A DNA stretch of 64,000 bases from an uncultured Gemmatimonadales bacterium (GTDB lineage Bacteria > Gemmatimonadota > Gemmatimonadetes > Longimicrobiales > Longimicrobiaceae): positions 5,472,001 through 5,536,000 of the forward strand of contig OY970303.1 of NCBI GenBank assembly GCA_963716255.1. Direction: 5' to 3'. This document shows, piece by piece, positions 11,358 to 21,265 of the stretch. Made by a program: the position numbers and the translations under genes. How positions within the stretch are numbered: the first letter of the stretch is position 1; every line of letters begins with the position of its first letter. The notes under the pieces were generated by a model. The model did not search any database. It was given only the letters and a program-made list of their open reading frames with translations, and had not been told where the DNA came from.

Positions 11358-12314
11358 GTGCGGATCCTGGTCACGGGTGCCGGAGGGTTCGTCGGTCAGC
11401 ACCTGATCCGGGAGCTGCTCGCGGCGGACCACTCGGTGTTCGGGGGGACGCAGGACGGGGCTCCTCCCGCGGAGGGCGTGCTCCCCGCGGCGGAGGCGGG
11501 GCGGGTGTGCTGGCTCCCGCTGGACGTGACCTCGGGCGGGTCGGTCGCGGACGCGGTGGCGCGCTCCCGGCCCGACCACGTGTACCACCTGGCGGGGCAG
11601 AGCTCGGTGGCGCTGTCGTTCTCGAGCCCGGTGGACACCTGGGACGTGAACGCCACGGGGACGCTCCGCCTGACCTGCGCGCTGGCGGAGGCGGGGCTGC
11701 GCGACACCCGCGTGCTGCTGGCGAGCTCGGCGGACGTGTACGGCCCCGTTCCCGAGGACGAGCAGCCCATCCGCGAGTCGCGCCCGCTCAACCCGGCCAG
11801 CCCGTACGCGGCGTCCAAGGCGGCGGCGGAGATGGCGGCCGGCCAGGCGAGCGGGAGCGGCGGCCCGGCGGTGGTGGTGGCCCGCAGCTTCGTGCACACG
11901 GGGCCGGGGCAGGACAGCCGCTTCGCGATTCCCAGCTTCGCGCACCAGCTGGCGGGGGTGCGCGCCGGCCGCTGCGAGCCCACGCTGCGGGTGGGGAACC
12001 TGGCCGTCCGCCGCGACGTGCTGGACGTGCGCGACGTGGTGCGGGCGTACGGCTGCCTGGTGGAGCGGGGCGAGCCGGGCGGGGTGTACAACGTGTGCTC
12101 GGGCGAGGCGCACGAGCTGCGCGCGATGGTGGAGGAGATGATCGAGCTGTCCGGGACGGGAGCCCGCATCGAGGTCGACCCGGAGCGCATCCGCCCGGTC
12201 GACCTGCCGCTGCTGGTGGGCGACGGAAGCCGCCTGCGGGCCCTGGGGTGGGAGCCGCGGATCCCGCTGCGGCGGACGCTGGCCGACCTGCTGGCGGACG
12301 CGGAGCGGCGATGA
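11358..12314 (+). CDS. GDP-4-keto-6-deoxymannose reductase-like SDR (Rmd-like)
   Basis: ILVTGAGGFVG, HLAGQSSV, SPYAASK, HTGPGQ, VGNLAVRRD; directly follows gmd. Confidence 0.75.
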   Translation: MRILVTGAGGFVGQHLIRELLAADHSVFGGTQDGAPPAEGVLPAAEAGRVCWLPLDVTSGGSVADAVARSRPDHVYHLAGQSSVALSFSSPVDTWDVNATGTLRLTCALAEAGLRDTRVLLASSADVYGPVPEDEQPIRESRPLNPASPYAASKAAAEMAAGQASGSGGPAVVVARSFVHTGPGQDSRFAIPSFAHQLAGVRAGRCEPTLRVGNLAVRRDVLDVRDVVRAYGCLVERGEPGGVYNVCSGEAHELRAMVEEMIELSGTGARIEVDPERIRPVDLPLLVGDGSRLRALGWEPRIPLRRTLADLLADAERR

Positions 12315-13858
12315 GCGGTCCCGCCTCCGATTCCGCCTCCGGCGTGCCCGGCCGCGTGTACCTTGTGGGCGCGGGCCCCGGCGACCCGGGGCTGCTCACG
12401 CTGCGCGCCGCGGAACTGCTGGCGCGCGCCGACGTGGTGGTGTATGACGCGCTGGTGAGCCCGCAGATCGTGGACCGCTGCCCGCCGGACGCGGAGCGCG
12501 TCTACGTGGGAAAGCGCGGGGGGGAGCACTCCCGGACGCAGGAGGAGATCAACGCGCTGCTGGTGGAGCTGGGGCGGAGGCATGCCTCGGTGGTGCGGCT
12601 CAAGGGCGGCGATCCCTTCGTCTTCGGGCGGGGCGGGGAGGAGGCGCTGGCCTTGGTGGAGGCGGGGATCCCCTTCGAGGTGGTCCCTGGCGTCACCGCC
12701 GGGGTCGCGGCCACCGCGTACGCGGGGATCCCGGTGACGCACCGCGGGATCACCTCCAGCGTCGCCTTCGCGACGGGTCACGAGGACCCGGTCAAGTCCG
12801 GGAGCGACCTGGACTGGGAGCACCTGGGCCGCGGCGTGGGAACGGTGGTGTTCTACATGAGCGTCGGCAGGATGGCGGCGAACTTCGAGCGGCTGGTGGC
12901 GGCGGGGCGCTCGCCGGACACTCCCGCCGCCGCGGTGGAGTGGGGGACCTACCCCCGCCAGCGGGTGGTGACGGGAACCGTCGGCACGCTGCCGGGATTG
13001 GTCGCGGAGGCGGGGATCGGCGCGCCGGCCATCGTGGTGGTGGGCGAGGTGGTGGGGCTGCGGGAGAAGCTGGCCTGGTTCGAGTCGCGCCCGCTCTTCG
13101 GCAAGCGCATCGTGGTGACCCGGGCCCGCGCGCAGGCGAGCGACTTCGCCGTGGCGCTGGAGGCGCTGGGCGCCGAGGTGCTCCAGTTCCCCACCATCCG
13201 CATCGTGGACCCGCCGGACCGCGAGCCGCTGCGGCGGGCCGCATCTGAGGCGGACCGCTTCGACTGGATCGTGTTCACCAGCGTGAACGGGGTGGCGCGG
13301 TTCTGGTCGGCGCTGCGCGAGGCGGGGCGCGACACGCGCGCCCTAGCCGGGGTGTCGCTGTGCGCCATCGGCCCGGCGACGGCGGCGGCGATCGAGATGG
13401 AGGGTGCCCGCCCGGACCTGGTGCCGGAGCGCTTCGTGGCGGAGTCGGTGCTGGAAGCGCTGGAGCGCGAGGCGGACCTCCGCGGCGCCCGCATCCTCCT
13501 GGCGCGCGCGGAGACGGCGCGCTCCGTCCTCCCCGACACGCTGCGCGAGCGGGGGGCGGAGGTGGTGGAGGTGGCCGCCTACCGCACCGTCCCCGACGGC
13601 GCCGAGGCCCAGGAGCTCCGGGCCCGCCTGCGCGAGGGCGGGATCGACATGGTCACCTTCACCGCCAGCTCCACGGTGCGCAACTACGTGGACGCGGTCG
13701 GGGCGGAGACCGGGAGCGCGGAGGTCGCCTCCATCGGGCCCATCACCTCGGCGGCGGCGCGCGAGCTGGGGCTGCCGGTGCACGTGGAGGCGGCGGAGTA
13801 CACCATCCCCGGGCTGGTCCGCGCCATCCGCGAGCGCTTCGAGGGCGCCCGGAGGTGA
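12311..13858 (+). CDS. cobA: Uroporphyrinogen-III C-methyltransferase / uroporphyrinogen-III synthase fusion (CobA-HemD)
   Basis: VYLVGAGPGDPGLLTL, VRLKGGDPFVFGRGGEE; then RPLFGKRIVVTRAR, IVFTSVNG, FTASSTV HemD motifs. Confidence 0.95.
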   Translation: MSGPASDSASGVPGRVYLVGAGPGDPGLLTLRAAELLARADVVVYDALVSPQIVDRCPPDAERVYVGKRGGEHSRTQEEINALLVELGRRHASVVRLKGGDPFVFGRGGEEALALVEAGIPFEVVPGVTAGVAATAYAGIPVTHRGITSSVAFATGHEDPVKSGSDLDWEHLGRGVGTVVFYMSVGRMAANFERLVAAGRSPDTPAAAVEWGTYPRQRVVTGTVGTLPGLVAEAGIGAPAIVVVGEVVGLREKLAWFESRPLFGKRIVVTRARAQASDFAVALEALGAEVLQFPTIRIVDPPDREPLRRAASEADRFDWIVFTSVNGVARFWSALREAGRDTRALAGVSLCAIGPATAAAIEMEGARPDLVPERFVAESVLEALEREADLRGARILLARAETARSVLPDTLRERGAEVVEVAAYRTVPDGAEAQELRARLREGGIDMVTFTASSTVRNYVDAVGAETGSAEVASIGPITSAAARELGLPVHVEAAEYTIPGLVRAIRERFEGARR

Positions 13859-15411
13859 ACAAGGTCCTCCCGCTCTCCCGGCCGCTCGCCGCGGCGGCGG
13901 CCGCCCTCCTGCTCCATCTCGCACCCGCTCCCGCCGCCGCGCAGCTGCCCGCGGGAGGCGGGGCCGCGGCGCTTCCCGCCGCTTCGCCGCCGCTGCCGGC
14001 GGACCACTGGGCGGTACGCGCGGCGGAGCGCGCGGAGGCGCTCGGGCTGGTGCCCGGCTACCTGCCGGCGCAGCGCGCCGTGCCGCGCGCCGTGGTCGGA
14101 GAGGCGCTGCGGCAGGCCGCCCTCGCGGCCGGGGCGCGCGGCCCCGGGACGGCCGCGCTCGCGCGGGGGTGGAGCGAGCGCTTCGTGGAGGAGTTCCCGG
14201 AGGCGGACGCGGCGGAGCGCGGCGCCACGTCCAGGCTGGGGAGCGCGGTCGGCGGGGGATACGAGCGGCGCGGAGGCGGCGCGGAGCCGGGCGCGGGGCT
14301 CTTCGAGCGGCGGACCGGGCCGACCCCGCTGCCGCTGCACAGCACCCTGGTACTGACCGGGATGGTCGCGGGCGCGCTCGCGCCGTCGCTGGCGGCGGTC
14401 GCGGAGCCCCGCCTCTCGGAGGAGGGGGTGCGGATCGCGCGCTGGGACCTCACCGCGGGGTGGGGCCCGGTCGCGCTTTCCGTGGGCGAGGAGCCGGTGG
14501 GGTACGGCCCGGCCGCGGGCGGCGGGATCGTGCTGTCGGGGGCCCGGGCGCTGCCGCGCGTGCAGGTGGAGACCACCCGGCCGCTGGCGCTCCCGGGGTT
14601 CCTGCGCCACCTGGGCCCCGTGTCGCTCCACACCTTCCTGACGCGCCTGGACGAGCGGCGGCACCCCGGCGACCCGTACCTGTGGGGGATGCGCGTCGCC
14701 CTGCGGCCGCACCCCCGCCTCACGGTGGGGATCGACCGCGCCTCCATCTTCGGCGGGGACAGCGTCGCCACGGAGGTGGGTCCCGGGAGCGTGGGGCGGA
14801 TGCTGCTGGGGATGCTTTCCGACGACTTCGAGAACCAGGTGGTGGCGGCGGAGTTCCGCTACCGTCTCCCCACCGAGCGCGTGCTGCCGGTGACGCTGTA
14901 CCTGGAGTGGGGCGCCGACGACGGCGCCGGCGCCTGGTGGGACGTGCCCGCCCGCGTGCTCGGCGCCTACGTGCCCGCCGTGCCGGGGGCGCCGGCGGTG
15001 GCGGCCGGCGCGGAGTACGCCTCGTTCGCCACGCTGTGCTGCGGCAACCCGGGGTGGTACACCCACGCGGCGCAGCCCGGCGGCTGGGCCGCCGAGGGCG
15101 CGACCCTGGGGCACCCGCTGGGGGGCGAGGGGCGGGAGTTCCTGCTGTACTCGCAGGCCGACCTGGCGGACGCGCGGCTGCGCCTGGAAGGGCGCGCCTT
15201 CCGCCGGGAGCGCGGCCGCGAGGGCTACGACCTCGCCGTCCGCGCCGGCAACCTCTTCGCGCCCGAGCGGGCGGGGTGGAGCACGGGCGCCTCGCTGGGG
15301 GCGCACTGGCGCGCGGCTCCCCGCACCGAGCTTCGCCTGCGGGTGCTCCGCGAGGTGGGGAGCGAGTGGAGGAGCCACGAGCTGGACCTGAACGCATCCG
15401 TATTCTTCTGA
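13855..15411 (+). CDS. Capsule assembly Wzi-like outer-membrane protein, paralog 1
   Basis: Signal peptide; GYGPAAGGGIVLSGARALPRVQ (Wzi-like), LYLEWGADD, WYTH, LGHPLGG; C-terminal Phe. Confidence 0.7.
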   Translation: MNKVLPLSRPLAAAAAALLLHLAPAPAAAQLPAGGGAAALPAASPPLPADHWAVRAAERAEALGLVPGYLPAQRAVPRAVVGEALRQAALAAGARGPGTAALARGWSERFVEEFPEADAAERGATSRLGSAVGGGYERRGGGAEPGAGLFERRTGPTPLPLHSTLVLTGMVAGALAPSLAAVAEPRLSEEGVRIARWDLTAGWGPVALSVGEEPVGYGPAAGGGIVLSGARALPRVQVETTRPLALPGFLRHLGPVSLHTFLTRLDERRHPGDPYLWGMRVALRPHPRLTVGIDRASIFGGDSVATEVGPGSVGRMLLGMLSDDFENQVVAAEFRYRLPTERVLPVTLYLEWGADDGAGAWWDVPARVLGAYVPAVPGAPAVAAGAEYASFATLCCGNPGWYTHAAQPGGWAAEGATLGHPLGGEGREFLLYSQADLADARLRLEGRAFRRERGREGYDLAVRAGNLFAPERAGWSTGASLGAHWRAAPRTELRLRVLREVGSEWRSHELDLNASVFF

Positions 15412-16388
15412 TGGCCGTATATCCAGAGAACCGCCCCCGCCGCCTGCGCCGGACCGGGGAGCTGCGCGCTTTCGTCCGCGAGACCACGGTGTCGCCGTCG
15501 GACCTGGTGCTCCCGCTGTTCGTCGCGCCGGGCGAGCGGGTTCGCAACCCGGTGGGGTCCATGCCCGGCGTGGACCAGACCTCCGTGGACGAGCTGCTCC
15601 GCGACGCCGAGGAGGCGATGAAGCTGGGGATCCCGGCGGTCCTCCTCTTCGGGATCCCGGCAAGCAAGGACGAGACGGGATCGTCTGGGTACCACGACCA
15701 AGGGGTGGTGCAGAACGCGGTGCGGGCGCTGAAGCGCGAGATCCCCGAGCTGCTGGTGGTCACCGACGTCTGCCTGTGCGAGTACACCTCACACGGGCAC
15801 TGCGGGGTGCTGCGCGGCGACGAGGTGGACAACGACGCCACCCTGCCGCTGCTGGCGCGCATGGCGCTGTTGCACGCGGAGGCTGGCGCCGACGTGGTCG
15901 CCCCCTCGGACATGATGGACGGTCGGGTGGGGACGATCCGCGAAGCGCTGGATGGATCGGGATTTGCAAGTGTCCCCATCCTCGCGTATTCGGCCAAGTT
16001 CGCTTCCGCCTTCTACGGCCCCTTCCGCGAGGCGGCGGAGAGCACCCCGGCCTTCGGCGACCGGCGCGCCTACCAGATGGACCCGGCCAACGCGCGCGAG
16101 GCGCTGCGCGAGGTGCGGGCGGACATCGAGGAAGGCGCCGACATGGTGATGGTCAAGCCGGCGCTCCCGTACCTGGACGTGATCTACCGGGTGCGGACGG
16201 AGACGGAGTACCCGGTCTTCGCCTACCACGTTTCCGGGGAGTACGCCATGGTGCTGGCGGCGGCCGAGCGCGGCTGGATCGACGGCGACCGGGCGATGCG
16301 CGAGGTGCTGACGTCCATCCGCCGGGCGGGAGCGGACCGCATCATCACCTACTACGCCAGGCAGTTCGCCCGCGGGGCGGCCGGATGA
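15411..16388 (+). CDS. hemB: Porphobilinogen synthase (delta-aminolevulinic acid dehydratase)
   Basis: RPRRLRR, DVCLCEYTSHGHCG, APSDMMDG, FYGPFREA, MVKPA, AYHVSGEY. Confidence 0.97.
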   Translation: MAVYPENRPRRLRRTGELRAFVRETTVSPSDLVLPLFVAPGERVRNPVGSMPGVDQTSVDELLRDAEEAMKLGIPAVLLFGIPASKDETGSSGYHDQGVVQNAVRALKREIPELLVVTDVCLCEYTSHGHCGVLRGDEVDNDATLPLLARMALLHAEAGADVVAPSDMMDGRVGTIREALDGSGFASVPILAYSAKFASAFYGPFREAAESTPAFGDRRAYQMDPANAREALREVRADIEEGADMVMVKPALPYLDVIYRVRTETEYPVFAYHVSGEYAMVLAAAERGWIDGDRAMREVLTSIRRAGADRIITYYARQFARGAAG

Positions 16389-17236
16389 AGGTGGTGGTCA
16401 CCGGGGCGGGGGGGATGCTGGCGCACGCGCTCGTCCCCCTGCTCCGTGCCCGCGGGCACGAAGCGGTCGCACTGGACCGCGCCGCGCTGGACGTGGCCGA
16501 CGAGGCCGCCGTCCACGAGCGCATCGCCGCCGAGCGGCCGGACGCGGTGGTGCAGTGCGCGGCGTACACCGCGGTGGACCGCGCGGAGGCGGAGGAAGCG
16601 GAGGCGACCCGGATCAACGGGGCCGCGGCGGGCTTCGTGGCGGACGCGTGTGACCGCGTGGGGGCCGCGTTCGTCTATCCGAGCACCGACTACGTATTTG
16701 CGGGAGACGCGACCGTCGCTTACCGTCCCGGGGACGCGGTCGACCCGGTGAACGCCTACGGGCGCTCCAAGCTCGCCGGGGAGCGGGCGGCGCTGGCGTC
16801 GGAGCGGGGGCTGGTGGTGCGGACGAGCTGGCTGTACGGCGAGGGAGGGAGCCACTTCGTGGACACCATCCTCCGCCTCGCCCGCGAAGGGAGGCCGCTG
16901 CGCGTGGTCGACGACCAGTGGGGGCGGCCCACCTGGACCGGCGCGCTCGCCGGGACGCTGGCCGCGTTGATGGAGTCGGGGGCGCGGGGTATCTTCCACG
17001 CCACCGGCGGCGGCGAGCCGGTGAGCTGGTGCGGATTCGCGCGCGAGGTGGTGGCGCTGGCCGGCCCCGGCGCGGAGGTGGCGGCGGTGACTTCCGCGGA
17101 GTTCCCGCGCCCCGCGCGGCGCCCCGCGTGGTCGGTCCTGGACTGCTCCACGACCGAGGAGCGGACGGGGGCGAGGCTCCCGCACTGGCGGGACTCGCTG
17201 GTCGGGTACCTGGAGTCGAGCGGGGCCGGCGCGTGA
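16385..17236 (+). CDS. rfbD: dTDP-4-dehydrorhamnose reductase
   Basis: VTGAGGMLA, CAAYTAVDRAE, STDYVF, NAYGRSKLAGE, VVDDQWGRPT. Confidence 0.92.
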   Translation: MKVVVTGAGGMLAHALVPLLRARGHEAVALDRAALDVADEAAVHERIAAERPDAVVQCAAYTAVDRAEAEEAEATRINGAAAGFVADACDRVGAAFVYPSTDYVFAGDATVAYRPGDAVDPVNAYGRSKLAGERAALASERGLVVRTSWLYGEGGSHFVDTILRLAREGRPLRVVDDQWGRPTWTGALAGTLAALMESGARGIFHATGGGEPVSWCGFAREVVALAGPGAEVAAVTSAEFPRPARRPAWSVLDCSTTEERTGARLPHWRDSLVGYLESSGAGA

Positions 17237-17337
17237 GGCGCCGCGCCCGGTGGCACATGGCGAACAAGGACCATTCAGGGATGCCCGACGATCGCACGGG
17301 CGGGCCGGCCGGCGGCTCGTCGGCAGGATTCCAGGTT

Positions 17338-18474
17338 ATGAAGGTCGCGATCACCGCGGACTGGCTGAACACCTCCGGGGGCGGCGAGCGCGTGCTGGTG
17401 CAGCTGCACCGCATGTTTCCGGATGCGCCCGTGTACACCACGGTGTGCGACCGCTCCGCCATCCCCGCCGAGATGCGCGGCTGGGACATCCGCACCTCGT
17501 TCCTCCAGCGCGTGCCCTTCGCGAAGCGGCGCCACCAGCCGTTCCTGCCGTTCATGCCGATGGCTTTCGAGCAGTTCGACATGAGCGAGTACGACCTGGT
17601 GATCACCACCAACAGCGCCTGCGCCAAGGGCGTCATCACCCGGCCCGGAGCGCTCAACGTCTGCTACTGCTACACTCCCTGCCGCTACATCTGGGACCTG
17701 TACCACGAGTACACGCGCGGCATGCGTCTGCGGGCGCTCTTCGCGCCGGTGGCGCACTGGCTGCGCGTCTGGGACCGCGTCTCCGCCGACCGCGTGGACC
17801 ACTTCGTGGGGATCTCGCACGAGGTGGCGTCGCGCATCCGCCGGCACTACCGGCGCGACGCGGAGGTGGTGTATCCCCCGGTGGACGTGGACCGGATCCG
17901 GCCCAACGGGCTCCCGCCGGAGGACTTCTACCTGGTGGTCGCCCGGCTGGTCCCCTACAAGCGGGTGGACCTTGCGGTGCGGGCGGCGAGCCGGCTGGGC
18001 CGGCGGCTGGTGGTGGTGGGCGACGGCTCCGAGCGGCGCAGGCTGGAGGCTCTCGCCGGGCCCACGGTGGAGTTCCTGGGGCGGCGGGGCGACGACGAGG
18101 TTGCGGACCTGCTGGCCCGCTGCCGCGCCTTCCTCTTCCCGGGCTGGGAGGACTTCGGGATCGCGCCGGTGGAAGCGCAGGCCGCCGGGCGCCCGGTGAT
18201 CGCCTACGGGCGGGGCGGCGCGGCGGAAACGGTGGTGGACGGCTCCACGGGCGTGCTCTTCGAGGAGCAGTCGGTGGACGCGCTGGCGGACGCGATGCTC
18301 CGGGCGGACCGGATCGCGTTCGAGGCGGCGACGTGCCGGCGCAACGCGGAACGGTTCGGCGCCGACGTGTTCCGTGCGCAGCTGGGCGCGGCGATCGAGC
18401 GGCAGCTCCAGGCCGCCCGCGCCGCGCGTCCGGCGGTGCCGACCATGGCCGAGGAGTACCTGGAGTCGGCGTGA
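17338..18474 (+). CDS. Glycosyltransferase family 4
   Basis: DWLNTSGGGERV, RLVPYKRVD, EDFGIAPVEAQAAG; start may be 17257. Confidence 0.9.
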   Translation: MKVAITADWLNTSGGGERVLVQLHRMFPDAPVYTTVCDRSAIPAEMRGWDIRTSFLQRVPFAKRRHQPFLPFMPMAFEQFDMSEYDLVITTNSACAKGVITRPGALNVCYCYTPCRYIWDLYHEYTRGMRLRALFAPVAHWLRVWDRVSADRVDHFVGISHEVASRIRRHYRRDAEVVYPPVDVDRIRPNGLPPEDFYLVVARLVPYKRVDLAVRAASRLGRRLVVVGDGSERRRLEALAGPTVEFLGRRGDDEVADLLARCRAFLFPGWEDFGIAPVEAQAAGRPVIAYGRGGAAETVVDGSTGVLFEEQSVDALADAMLRADRIAFEAATCRRNAERFGADVFRAQLGAAIERQLQAARAARPAVPTMAEEYLESA

Positions 18475-18556
18475 ACCGCCGGACCCTGGCAGGGGGGATG
18501 ACGGCCCTCGCGGGCAAAGGAGGAGGATGCATTCGGATGCTTGAGGTTCGAGCGAT

Positions 18557-20062
18557 ATGAACAGTCGGGTGATCCCCGGGGCCGCCGCCCCCGAGCAGGC
18601 CGAGAGCCTGACGAGCGCGGAAGTGCGGCAGGCGGTCGACGAGGCGATCCGGCGCGGCTGGCTGGAGATGGCGCGGCGTGCCGCGCGCGTCTTCGTGCTC
18701 ATGCTCACGGACATCGCGGCCGCGCTGGGCGCGGCGTGGGCCATGCTTTCGCTGCGCACCGACGCCTGGCCGGACGCCTTCGGGAGCGCCACGGCGAGCT
18801 GGAGCACCTTCGTCACGGCGCTGTGCGTGCAGCCGCTGGCGCTCAGCGTCAGCGGCGCCTACCGCTCCGGCGAGAGCCGCGTCAGCTTCGTCCGAATCTG
18901 CCTGGGGCTCCTGCTGGGGGTCTCGGCCACGGGGATGCAGGCGTTCCTGGGCGGCGGGATGGGCGCCTCGCTCCCGGCCGAGGCGCTGGGGCTGCTCGCC
19001 TACGTGCTCTGGGCCTCCATCGCCATCTTCGCGGTCCGCCTGGTGATCGACCGTGGGGTGAGCTTCGCCTACTCCCTGGGCATCGGGCGGCGGCGGGCGC
19101 TGGTGGTGGGCTCCGGCGAGGAACTGCAGGGCGTGGTGGAGATGCTGCGCGACCGCAACGGCGCCGACCTGCGCGTCATGGGGCGCCTTTCCCCCACCCG
19201 CGAGCGCGAGCCGGGCGCCATCCACGCCATCGCCGAGATCGACGTGGCGCTGCAGGCCACGGACGCGCAGGAGGTGATCGTCGCCTCCGCGAAGCTCAGC
19301 TTCGAAGCGCTGGAAACGCTGATCCACCGCTGCATGCAGCGGGGCGTGGTGGTGTCCCTCGCCCCCAAGACGCTGCACCTCATGGGGATGCAGTTCGAGT
19401 CGCGGCAGGTCCGGGGCGGGACGCTCCTCCGCCTCCGCCCCGTCGGCCTCGGCTTTCCCCAGCTCGCGATGAAGCGGACCATCGACCTGACCCTGAGCGT
19501 GCTCGGGCTGCTGCTCACCTGGCCGCTCTTCCTCTTCATCGCCATCGCGATCAAGCTGGACTCGCGCGGGCCGGTGCTCTTCAAGCAGGTCCGCGCCGGG
19601 CTGGGCGGGCGCCCCTTCCTGATGTACAAGTTCCGCACGATGGTCATCGACGCGGACGCCATGAAGGAGCAGCTCCACCACCTCAACGAGTCCGGCGACC
19701 CGCGACTCTTCAAGATCCGCAACGACCCCCGGGTCACGCGGGTGGGGCGGCTCCTCCGCAAGACCTCGCTGGACGAGCTCCCCCAGCTCTTCAACGTGCT
19801 GGGCGGGGACATGAGCCTGATCGGCCCTCGCCCGTTCTTCCCGGACGACCTGGAACAGTACTCGGACCACCACTTCGAGCGGCTGGCGGTGCTCCCGGGG
19901 ATCACCGGGCTCTGGCAGGTGTGCGGGCGGAGCCAGGTGGTGGACTTCGAGGAGGTGGTGCGGTTCGACCGCGAGTACATCGACGGGTGGTCGGTGTGGC
20001 TGGACCTCAAGATCCTGATGCTGACGTTTCCCGCGGTGATGCGCCGGACGGGGGCGTTTTAA
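18557..20062 (+). CDS. Priming sugar transferase (WcaJ/CpsE-type undecaprenyl-phosphate glycosylphosphotransferase)
   Basis: N-terminal TM segments; KFRTM, DPRVTRVGRLLRKTSLDELPQLFNVLGGDMSLIGPRP, PGITGLWQV. Confidence 0.93.
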   Translation: MNSRVIPGAAAPEQAESLTSAEVRQAVDEAIRRGWLEMARRAARVFVLMLTDIAAALGAAWAMLSLRTDAWPDAFGSATASWSTFVTALCVQPLALSVSGAYRSGESRVSFVRICLGLLLGVSATGMQAFLGGGMGASLPAEALGLLAYVLWASIAIFAVRLVIDRGVSFAYSLGIGRRRALVVGSGEELQGVVEMLRDRNGADLRVMGRLSPTREREPGAIHAIAEIDVALQATDAQEVIVASAKLSFEALETLIHRCMQRGVVVSLAPKTLHLMGMQFESRQVRGGTLLRLRPVGLGFPQLAMKRTIDLTLSVLGLLLTWPLFLFIAIAIKLDSRGPVLFKQVRAGLGGRPFLMYKFRTMVIDADAMKEQLHHLNESGDPRLFKIRNDPRVTRVGRLLRKTSLDELPQLFNVLGGDMSLIGPRPFFPDDLEQYSDHHFERLAVLPGITGLWQVCGRSQVVDFEEVVRFDREYIDGWSVWLDLKILMLTFPAVMRRTGAF

Positions 20063-20070
20063 GGGCTTTT

Positions 20071-20211
20071 TGACGGCGGGTTGGGCGTGCCCCCGGCTGG
20101 CGCCGGGGTCGGGCTTCGGCTCCGTAACGCAGCAAACAACGCTGCGTAACGGAGTCGAGCCCCGGCAAACAGCCGCCGGGTCTCGCCCCTTCGGGCCGAA
20201 ATCCCTCACGC
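20071..20211 (-). repeat. Structured ~130-bp dispersed element, copy 2
   Basis: Reverse-complement copy starting 8 bp after the stop codon; variable stem ACGCAGC/GCTGCGT. Confidence 0.92.
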
Positions 20212-20424
20212 AAGCTCCGACGCGGCCGGAAGATCCAGCAAGCAGACGATATGGGGCGGGGCCTCGGCCCCGCCCCTCCGCGCATCTGTCCCCGTCGCTC
20301 CGCTCCGCGGCGGCGCGTGACTTCCGTCCGCCGGCGCTCGTCATTGCCCCATGCGGATGCGGGAAAATTCGCGTTTTTCTGCGCCGCCGCCCGCGCGCGC
20401 GGGGCGCCGCGGCGCGGGCGCGCG

Positions 20425-20453
20425 TTGACCGTGCCCGCGCAAAACGCTATCAT
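20425..20453 (+). promoter_or_regulatory. Putative sigma70 promoter of the wza operon
   Basis: TTGACC-N17-TATCAT. Confidence 0.6.
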
Positions 20454-20580
20454 TGTTGCTTTTGGATCACCGAGCGGCGGCCCGTGGGCCGCGCGCTCGG
20501 TGGATCGTTTTCGGCTTCCCGTCCATCGCCCCGCGACCGCCCCGGCGGCGAGCCGCGGGATCCCGGACCCGACCACTGCC

Positions 20581-21261
20581 ATGACCCTGCTTCTCCGTAC
20601 GCTCCTCCTCCTGCTGGCCGTGCTCGCCGCTCTCCCGGCGGGGCTCGCGGCGCAGCGGGGGGGCGACACGGTGGAGGCGCGCCCCGCCGGCTCGGGGGCG
20701 CTCCCCCGGCCCGGCGACCGCATCGCGCTCAAGATCTGGAACGAGCCGGAGATGAGCGACACGTTCAACATCTCCGAGCGCGGCGAGGCGATCCTCCCCA
20801 AGCTGGGGGCGGTGCACGTCGCCTCGCTCCCGCTCGTCCAGCTCCAGGACTCGCTGCGCCGCGCCTACGCGGTGTACCTGCGGAATCCCTCGGTGGAGAT
20901 CGCGGTGCTGCGGCGCATCGCCGTGCAGGGCGAGGTCCGGCAGCCGGGGATCTACCTGGCCGACCTGACGATGGGCATCCCCGAGATCATCGCCCGCGCC
21001 GGTGGCTTCACCGAGGCCGGGAACCCGCGCAACATCGTCATCGTGCGCGAAGGGCGCCGGATCCGCTACGGCCGGGAGACTTCGGACGCGCTCCTCGCCT
21101 CGGAGCTCCAGTCCGGCGACCAGATCTTCGTCCGGCCGCGAAGCGCGCTGGCCCGCAACCCCATGGCGTGGATCGGCGGCGCCATCGGGCTGCTGGGCAC
21201 CTTCCGCGTGGTGGTGTGGCCGCTGATCGAGGACATCGTCGGCTCGGACGACGGAGGCTGA
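20581..21261 (+). CDS. Polysaccharide export protein (Wza/OPX family, SLBB domain)
   Basis: Signal peptide; PGDRIALKIW, GEAILPKLG, YLRNPSV, VQGEVRQPGIY, AGGFT, LQSGDQIFV. Confidence 0.85.
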   Translation: MTLLLRTLLLLLAVLAALPAGLAAQRGGDTVEARPAGSGALPRPGDRIALKIWNEPEMSDTFNISERGEAILPKLGAVHVASLPLVQLQDSLRRAYAVYLRNPSVEIAVLRRIAVQGEVRQPGIYLADLTMGIPEIIARAGGFTEAGNPRNIVIVREGRRIRYGRETSDALLASELQSGDQIFVRPRSALARNPMAWIGGAIGLLGTFRVVVWPLIEDIVGSDDGG

Positions 21262-21265
21262 GGCC

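Noticed and set aside
20070..20215. Recurrent peptides in the ORF track (RDFGPKGRD...TEPKPDPG; GSGFGSV...NGVEPR; EGFRPEGARP) as a protein repeat domain
   Set aside because: They are translations of the DNA repeat in several frames on both strands; changes among copies follow base-pairing, not codon position.
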